Source of the DNA: Candidatus Scalinduaceae bacterium
GTDB taxonomy: Bacteria; Planctomycetota; Brocadiia; Brocadiales; Scalinduaceae
Direction: 5' to 3'
DNA: 30,984 bases
Assembly (NCBI GenBank): GCA_046759445.1
Contig: JBHICG010000039.1
Span: 1 to 30,984 of the forward strand
Shown here: positions 1 to 8,958 of the stretch, in pieces
Position numbering within the stretch: the stretch's first letter is position 1
How the letters are laid out: each line of letters starts with the position of its first letter
Notes under the pieces: generated by a model
What the model was told of the DNA's origin: nothing
Databases searched by the model: none
The model's input: the letters and a program-made list of their open reading frames with translations, nothing else
Program-made: the position numbers and the translations under genes

Positions 1-735
1 CTAAATAGACTTCTTATGAAAGCAATTGATTATCCTATAATAGGAAAATATCTAGAAGGAAAGATTAACCCACACGAATGCTATAGATTATGGGAATATC
101 ATTGCAAAGGCTTTGGACAACCTTGCAGAGATCTTTTACCTGATGATGTTACAAGAAAAACAAAGAAAAGCATCCAAAGTGTGATGTCAAAAATGATAAC
201 CAATAAAAGGGATCGCCTCTTAATTAAGATTACAGGATGGTCAAGGATTGGTTTCCTATCAAAGATCTTCGAAGATGCTAAATTTATTCACATTATGAGA
301 GATGGACGGGCTGTCACAAATTCTATGATTAATGTTGACTTTTGGTGGGGTTGGAGAGGACCTGGTAATTGGAGATGGGGTGAATTAACGGAATCTCAAA
401 AAGGAGAATGGGGAAAATATAATAGATCATTTATTATTCTTGCGGCTATCGAGTGGAAAATCTTAATGGATGCTTTGGAAAAGGCAAAGAATTACATAAA
501 CCCAAATAATTTCTTAGAAGTTAAATATGAGGATATTTGTAATAGCCCCATAACAATATTTAAAGAAGTGCTTGAATTTTGTCATCTAGAATGGTATGTA
601 GATTTTGAAAGAGCAGTAAAAGAATTTGATTTGAAAAACACAAATGAGAAGTGGCAAAAAGAACTTACCGTTGAACAAAAAAGTAATCTGGAAGAATTTC
701 TTCAAGATTACTTAAAAAGATATAATTACGTATGA
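1..735 (+). CDS. Sulfotransferase family protein (5'-partial, frame open to window edge)
   Basis: KFIHIMRDGRAVTNSM (3'-phosphate-binding motif), FLEVKYEDIC..P..I..EVLEFC and C-terminal KWQKELT are typical of Sulfotransfer_3-like proteins. No stop upstream of ATG 16. Confidence 0.85.
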   Translation, partial: LNRLLMKAIDYPIIGKYLEGKINPHECYRLWEYHCKGFGQPCRDLLPDDVTRKTKKSIQSVMSKMITNKRDRLLIKITGWSRIGFLSKIFEDAKFIHIMRDGRAVTNSMINVDFWWGWRGPGNWRWGELTESQKGEWGKYNRSFIILAAIEWKILMDALEKAKNYINPNNFLEVKYEDICNSPITIFKEVLEFCHLEWYVDFERAVKEFDLKNTNEKWQKELTVEQKSNLEEFLQDYLKRYNYV

Positions 736-1510
736 TTTTCTGTGAAATGGAACTGTTATTCAAAGACTAGTAGCAAATTGTTCCATCCTACTGTATACGT
801 GCAAAAAGTTTTGAAGATGAGAGAAGAATTAAGGAATGTTTAAAACATGATATTGTCAAGTGTTTTCTGTGAATTCTCTTAATTCTTGAGAGCCTTATCT
901 AAAATAATTTATGCTTTATGATTTTGTCTACCTTTGAGATCAGCAGTAAGATACACTTACTTTAATGCTTTGACCGGCCCAAGAAATTTATCACTATTAA
1001 CCACGACTCTTTCAAGCCTATACTTATCATGTCCTCTAAAAACCTTTCTATACGCTATGGGATTCCTTATTCCCAAAGGGGGTACATTAAGGAGTTCATG
1101 GTTCTTACCATTGTTCCTCTACAAATAAGCCGTCTTATAATTTCCGAATCTCATACTATATTACTGATTTTTGTAAACACTGTCTCAGTGAGTTTTTCTT
1201 GAATTAGGGCATTTTAATAGTAAAAGAAATTTGAATCTTGAGAAATTGAGAGGCTAAAAAATTTTAGGCTTCATGATTAGGCGTGTTTAAGAAACACGGC
1301 GTGATTAATCAATTAAAAATTAAAGCAAACTTCTCAATTTTGTTTAAAATAAACGAATGGGGTATGTTCTAACTTTAGGTGATTGGATTACCAGAAAAGA
1401 CAATGCTAAAGGATATTAAAGAAACTATCATTGAAAGCTTAAAAAACTTGAAGATGGGTGGGCGTTTCTTGTACCAGATATAAACCAGTGTTCCTTTCTA
1501 ATTTATTGCT

Positions 1511-1860
1511 TTAATGCAAAGGAGAGAATTCCCATATAGCTGTTATGTTAAGTGTTAAAAAACCGAGAATTAGTCCAACCATCCAAAGGATGAGTTCCCT
1601 TTTGTCTTTATCTTTTTTAGCAAGAATCTCAGCTTTGTTTTTCTCTGTTTTTGTATGGAGATTAGCAATCTTCTCTAACCCATAGCAGAGTTCCATGGGT
1701 TTGCCCGTAGCTATCTACTAACTCATTTTTATCACGTTCTGTTTTTTCATATAATTGATCAAGCTTTGTGGATATGTGGGCTATCTTCTCCTTGAGAACG
1801 TCATTAAAAAGAGTTTCGAGTCTCGGCTACTCTTTGTTCTATTTCTTCTATGGTAGGCAT
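1511..1860 (-). pseudogene. Coiled-coil + C-terminal TM protein (DUF1640/CCDC90-like), disrupted
   Basis: Reconstructs as MPTIEEIEQRVA/RLETLFNDVLKEKIAHISTKLDQLYEKTERDKNELV|EKIANLHTKTEKNKAEILAKKDKDKRELILWMVGLILGFLTLNITAIW, with a 1-bp frameshift near 1824 and a 40-bp insertion at 1674-1717. Confidence 0.7.
1674..1717 (-). mobile_element. 40-bp mini insertion element with TAGA direct repeats (copy 1)
   Basis: Minus strand reads TAGA-tagctacgggcaaacccatggaactctgctatgggt-TAGA. 38/44 identical to 3993-4036. Removal restores the host frame. Confidence 0.75.
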
Positions 1861-1906
1861 ATAAAAGTTATATATCTTCATATATATTTCATTACTCACA
1901 ACGGTT

Positions 1907-1969
1907 AAACTCTCAACTTGCAACACGCAACTTGTAATACATAGCTTGTAACACGTAACTCTATACTCG
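1907..1969 (+). repeat. Degenerate heptamer tandem repeat (9 units)
   Basis: aaactct caacttg caacacg caacttg taataca tagcttg taacacg taactct atactcg. Confidence 0.75.
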
Positions 1970-2098
1970 CAAAATGCAACTTTCACTGTATTAAATTGCA
2001 ACACAATTATGTATTTATTACCCGTTTATAGAAAGGATCAGAAATCTATTATCATTATATCTCATTTGATATTAAGTACTTAATATATTTCAGTTCTT

Positions 2099-2113
2099 TG
2101 GTATGCTTTTTGA
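2099..2113 (+). promoter_or_regulatory. Sigma54-like -24/-12 promoter candidate
   Basis: TGGTAT-GCTTT-TTGA versus consensus TGGCAC-N5-TTGC; about 130 bp upstream of the 2244 CDS. Confidence 0.4.
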
Positions 2114-2243
2114 TTTAAATAAATTAGAAATCCACAGATTATTAAGATTCACACTCATTATTCGTTATAAGTATTTTGCTGCTATTTACTAATGACGAGT
2201 AAAAATAACGTTTGTAAATTTCCTAAATTGAAGGTTTTTAAGA

Positions 2244-3857
2244 ATGTTTAATAATATGAAATTTCTCTCTCTGTCAATTTGTTTTTTTTTGTTGATTTCT
2301 TTATTTGTAGCCTTAGAAGCATCAGCAACTACTTATTATGTTTCTCCCACAGGCAATGATAACGATCTAGGGACATTGAACGAGCCATGGAAAACGATCA
2401 ACAAGGCAAATAATGAACTCTTACCGGGAGATATTGTCTACCTTAGAGAGGGTACATACCAGCAGACGATTAGACCGACTCGCTCCGGAAACGCCGGCCA
2501 ATACATCACCTACTCTCGCTATCAGAACGAGGTACCTCGCATTACTAATGTAAACATAGGTATAAACCTTGACTCTAGATCATATATTGTCATAGACGGT
2601 TTAACAGTTGACGGAAATAGCCATGGTCCTCCAGGGAGCCAAACAGAGGCAGATGTGGATAAATGGATGAGTATGACTAGTTCAAGTCGTAATATCGTGA
2701 AGAACTGCAATTTTCAGTACGCTAGAAGTGGTATACAGGTACGCGAAGGCAGTAATTATAATGTGTTCCAAAACAATATTATGCACTATGTATACACTAA
2801 CTTGGACCCACCTAAAGATTCGGGCAATATGATTATCCTTAGAGCCTCTAATCATAACCTTATTGAAAATAATGACATGGCATATTCTGGCCACAATTTA
2901 ATTACTATTCCTCGCGATTCAAATTATAATGTAGTGCGAAACAACAATCTTCATAGTCATTGGCATCGTGCCCATATGATAGCTGGAAGTTTTAATGTCT
3001 TTGAAGGTAACTATGTTTCTGATTCCTCAAGTCAGATTACAAAGGATCCAGATGGTGGAAAGAATTTGGGCAGAAATAATATATACAGGAGAAACATGTT
3101 CCATAGTAATGAATTCTTCGGATTCAGAGACACGACCAATAAAGCGTCTCCTGAAACCTACTTAAACAGGATTTATAATAATGTTGCGTATGGAAATGGG
3201 CAGGGAATGGTTAATATACAGATGAATTCTGGAACCACAGCCTACGATATTATGTATAAGAATAACATTGCCTACAATAATCAAGGGTCGCGTGTCATCG
3301 ATATCAGTCCCAGCGGTTCCTCTGATCCTTTTGCCGGGAGAGTATTTAATAACAATATATTGCTTGGAGGCAACATTGACACCAAGGCATACGGATTCCA
3401 TGATGTGTCATGGTATCAGCAAAATCACCCTGCAAATTTCATGAATAATATCGCCGTAAACCCGCAATTTGTAAATCCTAATGCCACTCTTCCAGATTTT
3501 CGATTGCAATCCGGCTCTCCAGCCATTGATGAAGGCGCATTCCTTACACAAACTAGCAGCTTCGGATCAGGAACTACAATGAATGTTGAAGATGCCCTTT
3601 ACTTCACTGATGGTCTTGGCATAATCGAGGGTGATTTGATCCAATTGGAAGGCCAAACACAGACAGCAAGAATTACAAATATATCAGGCAATACCATAAC
3701 ACTAGATACTCCTCTTTCCTGGAATAACAATCAAGGTGTCAGCTTAGCTTACAACGGTTCTGCGCCCGATATCGGAGCGTACGAATACGTATCTGGAGGA
3801 ACACCACCTCCTGATACAAATCCTCCTTCTCCACCATTTGGGTTGATAATTCAGTAG
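2244..3857 (+). CDS. Secreted right-handed parallel beta-helix protein (pectate-lyase-like/DUF1565 N-terminus)
   Basis: Signal peptide ending ASA; TYYVSPTGND..GT...PWKTI.KA and PGDIVYLREGTY; Asn-rich beta-helix repeats; C-terminal DFRLQSGSPAIDEG...APDIGAYEY. Confidence 0.85.
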   Translation: MFNNMKFLSLSICFFLLISLFVALEASATTYYVSPTGNDNDLGTLNEPWKTINKANNELLPGDIVYLREGTYQQTIRPTRSGNAGQYITYSRYQNEVPRITNVNIGINLDSRSYIVIDGLTVDGNSHGPPGSQTEADVDKWMSMTSSSRNIVKNCNFQYARSGIQVREGSNYNVFQNNIMHYVYTNLDPPKDSGNMIILRASNHNLIENNDMAYSGHNLITIPRDSNYNVVRNNNLHSHWHRAHMIAGSFNVFEGNYVSDSSSQITKDPDGGKNLGRNNIYRRNMFHSNEFFGFRDTTNKASPETYLNRIYNNVAYGNGQGMVNIQMNSGTTAYDIMYKNNIAYNNQGSRVIDISPSGSSDPFAGRVFNNNILLGGNIDTKAYGFHDVSWYQQNHPANFMNNIAVNPQFVNPNATLPDFRLQSGSPAIDEGAFLTQTSSFGSGTTMNVEDALYFTDGLGIIEGDLIQLEGQTQTARITNISGNTITLDTPLSWNNNQGVSLAYNGSAPDIGAYEYVSGGTPPPDTNPPSPPFGLIIQ

Positions 3858-3891
3858 TTCTCTCTTATGAGGCGTCTTCATTCCTTCAGAT

Positions 3892-3944
3892 AAAAGAAAA
3901 GGGGCAGATTTATCTTTTTTAAATAAATCTACCCCTTTTCTTTT
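3892..3944 (+). terminator. Long hairpin (bidirectional terminator / REP-like)
   Basis: AAAAGAAAAGGGGCAGATTTAT...ATAAATCTACCCCTTTTCTTTT just after the 2244-3857 stop. Confidence 0.6.
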
Positions 3945-3992
3945 TCCATTTATTTGTCCAAATTTCATTGCAACTAAAGTTGCAACTTTGTA

Positions 3993-4036
3993 TAGATACC
4001 CATGGGCAAGCCCGTGGAACTCTGCTATGGTTTAGA
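3993..4036 (+). mobile_element. 40-bp mini insertion element with TAGA direct repeats (copy 2)
   Basis: TAGA-tacccatgggcaagcccgtggaactctgctatggtt-TAGA with internal hairpin CCATGGGC-AA-GCCCGTGG. Confidence 0.7.
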
Positions 4037-4286
4037 ACTGGGACTTAGTGTTCCAATTCGTAATTACAGTGACGTATTATATAATCATAATATTGAGACT
4101 CTTCATTGCCCCTTTGTTTCTTAAAACTGATTTTAAAGTTTTATTGCCAGCTTGGTAGAAATAAAACGAAATTCATCTATCATAAAATAGCGCGAAATAT
4201 GCTTGTTAGACAAATCTTCGTTTATCCTATTTTATAAAAAATATGCAAAATTAGGTCAATTCTTTGTTGTTGACAATGTTGTATGG

Positions 4287-4380
4287 AGAGAAGTTGTGAA
4301 GTTGTGAAGAAAGGTGTTAGAAAGATGAGAAGTTGTTAAGTTGAGGGAATAGGAAGATTTGAGATAGGGAAGATGGGAAG
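4287..4380 (+). repeat. Purine-rich degenerate ~8-mer tandem repeat (GAAGTTGT/GAAGATGG-like)
   Basis: gaagttgt gaagttgt gaag...gaagttgt taagttga...gaagattt...ggaagatg ggaag. Confidence 0.55.
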
Positions 4381-4492
4381 TATTTTTAGAAAGTAAGTAT
4401 AGTGAGTTTAAGGTTTTTTGATTTTGTTTTCCTTAATTCTACCGATGTTTCTGCCGATCTTCATTTAAAGCCACAAAAAAAGCCATTAGAAA

Positions 4493-5233
4493 CTATTCCT
4501 TAATCTTCATTTGACCAACTCTTTTGACCTTTATGTTGTCACACCAGAGGTTTGTTCTATATGTGCGTAATCCTAGAAGACCTTCTGATAAAGGCGCTTT
4601 ATCCTCTGCCTCAAGATACATTTTTCCGTCAACCGAGATGCTTAAGGTTTTGTCATGTCTGGTGATTATTATGTGATATGTTTTTCCCTGACAGCAATGG
4701 TAGCCGTAACTTTCGGTGAGCAGTTTAAATCCTGGACAGCGTCTTATGCGGATCCGTGCCTTTGTTGATCCATCTGGATACCTTCCAAATTTTCCATCTC
4801 TATCATTTACAAAAGTAAAGATGTAACCATTAAGCTGGTGATAAAGCTTGTATTTTGCTGTTTGCCGGTTTTTTCTTGTATCATAAAGCGGTTTATTTGA
4901 CGGATCTGAGTATAAAAAGAAAAAGTTGATGTTGTTAACATCTATATCGGAGCTAACAACATGCGCATCAAACTCAACCTGAAGATTGCCATGGAGTTTC
5001 TTTTTATACCAGATTGTGCAAACACTATAGCCCTTTTCACCTTTTTGAGGATTAGCCTTTACCATAAGACGCCCATTTTCCACCCAAACCTTTTCACCTC
5101 CCTCAACCCACCAGTTCTCCATGCCTTTTGAGAAATCCTCATAAAAAATAGGTTTCTCCTCTGCGCAGGTTTCAGATAAAATAAAGGAAAAGATGCTGCA
5201 TATTAATAGTATAAAATTATACATTATATTCAT
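4493..5233 (-). CDS. Secreted YesU/DUF1961-like (concanavalin/LamG-fold) protein
   Basis: Signal peptide; FYEDFS...WWVEG, TIWY.KKL.GNLQVEFD, NINFFF, RIRRCPGF and GLLGLRT pattern. Family assigned from recall. Confidence 0.6.
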   Translation of the reverse strand: MNIMYNFILLICSIFSFILSETCAEEKPIFYEDFSKGMENWWVEGGEKVWVENGRLMVKANPQKGEKGYSVCTIWYKKKLHGNLQVEFDAHVVSSDIDVNNINFFFLYSDPSNKPLYDTRKNRQTAKYKLYHQLNGYIFTFVNDRDGKFGRYPDGSTKARIRIRRCPGFKLLTESYGYHCCQGKTYHIIITRHDKTLSISVDGKMYLEAEDKAPLSEGLLGLRTYRTNLWCDNIKVKRVGQMKIKE

Positions 5234-5564
5234 TGGTTTTTCGTATATCCATTCATAATTACTTCATCAACAGCAGTTCTTGTCCATTGTCCATGTCGCT
5301 AGTTTATCATTTAAATCTTTACAAATTTTACCTCATGTGTTTTTATTCCAACTAACTGTTAAACACCGATTTTAACACATATGGGAATCGTCATAATGTT
5401 CCCCTAATTACGCTGTCCAAACAATTTCTACAGATTTTCCAACGAGCCACGAAACAATGAAAGGAGTTGCAATTTTTCTACGAGAATTTTACTTATACGG
5501 AAACTCACCGGTATTTATCTTATCATTTATCAAATCTTAAAATTAATCGCATATACTTAAAGTA

Positions 5565-5904
5565 ACAACTTTCGTACCAAAGCTATTAGTTTGAAAAGAA
5601 ATATTGTAATATATTGAAAAAATAAAGATTATGATTGTACGTTAAGGAAATGGTGAGGAAGTGATTAATTTTTTAGTTGAGAAAATGTTTACTCAAATCA
5701 ACATAGTAACCAATCAACATTCAACGTTCACTTAAGTGTTTATTATATATCGGGTAAATTGTTATTTATTTTTGATGCTTATTCAACAATAGTTTACAAA
5801 AAATTGACATATTTTTAACGAATTCTAGAAATCTCAAAAATGTCATGGAAAGTGTAGGACAGTTTAAGACATACTATGTTTATAGGGTATGGAACACGTA
5901 TTGT
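5565..5904. promoter_or_regulatory. Divergent sigma54-like promoter module (copy B)
   Basis: Minus-strand TGGTAC-GAAAG-TTGT (5565-5579); plus-strand TGGAAC-ACGTA-TTGT (5890-5904); TGTC-N13-GACA-N6-GACA (5841-5871). Homologous to 8095-8424 in inverted orientation. Confidence 0.55.
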
Positions 5905-5981
5905 ATGATGAGGATTGAGAACGTTTTTTGTTCCGGATTAATAATTTGATTATAAATATTGCTGGAATAAACTTGAGCTTA

Positions 5982-7421
5982 TTAAAAACTTAATCCTACG
6001 CTGATTTTTGCCAAATTTTTTACTAACCCTCCACCTGACAAATTACTATTACGATCCTGTTGGTTGAATGAAATTTCGCCAAAGAGCCAACCACGAGGTG
6101 CATCATATCTGGCCTTTATCTCAAATCTTAGCAAATCTACCTTTTCGCGACGAAAAATATTGGTTCCAGTATTAGTTATTACAATCTTCTTTTCACGAAA
6201 TCTCAATGTTTGAAAGGCAGGTGAAAATTGGAAAGAAAAATATTCGGAAAATCTATGAATGTAATTTATATTGAATTGTGTAAAAAAATATGGATTATTG
6301 TCTCCCACGGAATTATTATTGGGGTCTATCTGGAATAGTTGTTCTTTTAGACTCCTTTCAAATTTTATTGTCAAGTTATCTCTCTCTGTAACGTCAAACC
6401 TGTATCCTAGCGTGGCATCAAGGCCTCTAAAATTCTTAAATATACTGCGTCGTCCATAATCTCTGATATTATAACTTGTATCAAGAAAAAAATTACTTTT
6501 GATCGTAGGTTGCCAGGAGATATTGAATGGTATTCTTTGAACAGTAGAATCATTCCCGATAGCGGAATCGTATTTTATAATCTCGTAATCAAAACCTGTT
6601 TTTATGTTTATTCTTGGAAGGGGTTTGATTATGACTGTACCTCCAAAGATATCAGTGTTACGTTCACTTCCCCCAAACCCTTTGGTTTTGTATGAGATAT
6701 CACGATTGGAATAATGTATTTCAAAATCGAACTTATCAGAAAAGTCTGGCAGGTTTATAACGACAGAAGCTACGTTGTTAGTAAAGTCTCTTCGTCTTGT
6801 AGGTGTATTAAATACAAATTGTTCGAGGACTTCTGGTTCTTCACCTTCCTCAGGAGGTTCTCCCAGAAATTGAACTTCAGGGTTTGTACGCCGCGTAACT
6901 CTGCTAGGTCTTCTAATCCTTGAAACTTGGTCTGACAGGAGGATGCTTAACCCATTTTGCAAATTTAGATCAATTGAACCCCCAAAGTTTTGGTTAACAT
7001 GGTTTTGTTCAAGGATGTTTGTCCTCACTCCATTTATGATACGCGTATAATTACGTTTGTACTCGTAAATTTCCGCGCCATAATTTAAATTAATTGAATG
7101 TGTTGCAATTGGTAACTTAAGTAAAATTTTAGGTTTGTAGGTAGTATAGAAATCACTGACTTTATCATGTGAACTGGCAAAGACATTATCATCAAAGGTT
7201 TCAGCTATCTCAAAAGAGGGATATATCCTTAAAGGACCAAGATATAGATTTTTGGAATATTCTGGAATCTTCTCCAAAAATTTAACAATTTGACTAATTT
7301 TGTGTCTATGTGAGTTACTTTCTATTTCTGTCTGAACTTCTTGCGCAAAAGAAGCACCTGAAATCATAAAACAGATTATACAACAAACACATGCTTTTAT
7401 ATTAAAATAAAATAAATTCAT
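5982..7421 (-). CDS. Outer-membrane beta-barrel protein (BBP2-like, polysaccharide-export associated)
   Basis: Signal peptide; GPLRIYPSFEIAETFDDNVF N-terminal motif; amphipathic beta-strands; ends ISVGLSF (terminal Phe). Confidence 0.8.
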   Translation of the reverse strand: MNLFYFNIKACVCCIICFMISGASFAQEVQTEIESNSHRHKISQIVKFLEKIPEYSKNLYLGPLRIYPSFEIAETFDDNVFASSHDKVSDFYTTYKPKILLKLPIATHSINLNYGAEIYEYKRNYTRIINGVRTNILEQNHVNQNFGGSIDLNLQNGLSILLSDQVSRIRRPSRVTRRTNPEVQFLGEPPEEGEEPEVLEQFVFNTPTRRRDFTNNVASVVINLPDFSDKFDFEIHYSNRDISYKTKGFGGSERNTDIFGGTVIIKPLPRINIKTGFDYEIIKYDSAIGNDSTVQRIPFNISWQPTIKSNFFLDTSYNIRDYGRRSIFKNFRGLDATLGYRFDVTERDNLTIKFERSLKEQLFQIDPNNNSVGDNNPYFFTQFNINYIHRFSEYFSFQFSPAFQTLRFREKKIVITNTGTNIFRREKVDLLRFEIKARYDAPRGWLFGEISFNQQDRNSNLSGGGLVKNLAKISVGLSF

Positions 7422-7572
7422 TTAAGTAAGTAAAAATCTTTATTCTATTTCTGCTGAAAAATGAAAAGACTTTATCTTGTTGCAGTTGCCCTATACTACA
7501 AAAATGTTTGTATAACATCAGTAATTAATAATGGAGGAAAAGGGGGCATTGAGAAAAGAGAATTAGTAAATG

Positions 7573-7991
7573 TCATCCAATGAACTTAACAATTGCTGTA
7601 ACGAGACCGGCAACAGCAATAATTGTACCTACATTCCATTTGATCAGCTCAACCTTCATGGTAGTCATCTCTTCCCTTAATTTTGTTATTTCTGTCAAGA
7701 AAGTCTCATTAGTAACTAAACTTATAGTTTTCTGTTCAATCCTTGAGTTATAGGACTCTTCTATATATTTCCATAAATTCCTGACTTTTTTGGTTATTTA
7801 GACCTATTTCTTTAAGTAAACCCCGTAAATCCCCACCCTTAAGGATAGGCATTGTAGAATATCTTTATGGGGCAGGGATTTTTTCTATTTTATCTTATAC
7901 CTACTATTTATCTCCGTCCCGAAGTCAGAAGCTTTCTGGATTTTACGGGGTAAAGGATATAGTTTTGTTACTGTTACAATGGTTGAAACAT
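7573..7991 (-). pseudogene. DUF1640/CCDC90-like coiled-coil + TM protein, disrupted by MITE and frameshifts
   Basis: Reconstructs as M/STIVTVTKLYPL|LKEIGLNNQKSQEFME/YIEESYNSRIEQKTISLVTNETFLTEITKLREEMTTMKVELIKWNVGTIIAVAGLVTAIVKFIG*. Confidence 0.75.
7821..7950. mobile_element. 130-bp MITE with CCCCGTAAA(A)TCC terminal inverted repeats and TAAA target duplication
   Basis: TAAA|CCCCGTAAATCC...GGATTTTACGGGG|TAAA. Excision rejoins tat-cct-tta-ctt-aaa-gaa in frame. Confidence 0.8.
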
Positions 7992-8094
7992 ATTAAAATC
8001 AAAATGGTTTGTCAATGAAAATCAAATTTAGCCAAACTACTTTAGCGGCATTATGACTCTTATGTTGCCTGAGTTTCAAGTATCTTCCCCACAT

Positions 8095-8424
8095 ATACAA
8101 TTCTTGCCATGTTTGTCATAGACTGTCTAAAACATTACAAGACATTTTTTGTATTTATTTCAAAAACACAAAAAACCTCATTTTTCTGTCAACTATTATT
8201 GAACATTGTTATGGATAGTGAGCATACCTTATTCTTTGTTGCATAATTACTTAAGTAGAAAAATGAAGTTTCTTGAGATATTAAGTTGATTTTAATAAAC
8301 ACTGTTTACCCGATGAAGATTACGTGTCTCTATCACATTCTACTAGAAATCAAATACTAAGATATATACTGTACATATCTTACAACAATATTAAGTATTT
8401 AACGCATTATGGTAAGATAATTGT
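8095..8424. promoter_or_regulatory. Divergent sigma54-like promoter module (copy A)
   Basis: Plus-strand TGGTAA-GATAA-TTGT (8410-8424) upstream of the 8569 CDS; TGTC-N6-TGTC-N13-GACA (8114-8144). Colinear similarity to 5565-5904. Confidence 0.55.
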
Positions 8425-8568
8425 ACTGATAAAAATGTGTTGGAAACTTGATTTAAAAATCCTTCTCCTGACGCTGAAGGTAAGTCTTTTGGAAAGAAGA
8501 TAGAGTATAAATTTAAACTAAATAAGATATCTGCTCTGGTTGCCAGATGTCAGTATATGAGTTGAACA

Positions 8569-8958
8569 ATGAAAGAAAAACCTGCAATAGTAGTAGAATT
8601 TGATGGTGTTATCTGTGAAAACAAATTTCCTGACGTCGGTGAACCGATAGGAGGAGTTCGAGAAGCATTAAATACATTAAAAAGAGCTGGATATCGCATA
8701 ATTATACATTCTCGTAGGACATCATCCTATCTTAAAAATAAACTCATCTGTAACCAGTACCAATGGATTGCAGATTATATGGAATATTATAAATTATATT
8801 ATGACGATATCTGGTTGCTAGACAAACCCATAGCCGTTGCCTATATAGATGACAAAGCATTAAATTTTTATAATAACTGGGAGGAAATAACCGAACAAAT
8901 AATTCGCAATGCTGCAAGGTCGTGGTCGGGATCTGCTCTCACCAAATCAGCACTGTAG
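8569..8958 (+). CDS. HAD-superfamily phosphatase-like protein (capless)
   Basis: Motif I VVEFDGVI (Glu replaces the nucleophile Asp), motif II IIIHSRR, motif III/IV KPIAVAYIDDKA. Confidence 0.75.
   Translation: MKEKPAIVVEFDGVICENKFPDVGEPIGGVREALNTLKRAGYRIIIHSRRTSSYLKNKLICNQYQWIADYMEYYKLYYDDIWLLDKPIAVAYIDDKALNFYNNWEEITEQIIRNAARSWSGSALTKSAL

Noticed and set aside
909..1154. ORF 934-1128 (+) and a stop-interrupted minus-strand frame
   Set aside because: No recognisable family on either strand; may be a decayed gene but cannot be supported.
1907..1969. Possible CRISPR or iteron array
   Set aside because: Contiguous degenerate 7-mers with no spacers; no cas or rep genes in the window.
1804..2004. 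66-aa minus ORF from the track
   Set aside because: Its N-terminal part is translated heptamer repeat; only the part from 1860 down belongs to the pseudogene.
4047..5262. Similar motifs GTGTTCCAATTCGTAATTAC and GTATATCCATTCATAATTAC flanking the YesU-like gene
   Set aside because: Short, AT-rich, direct orientation; too weak to call element ends.
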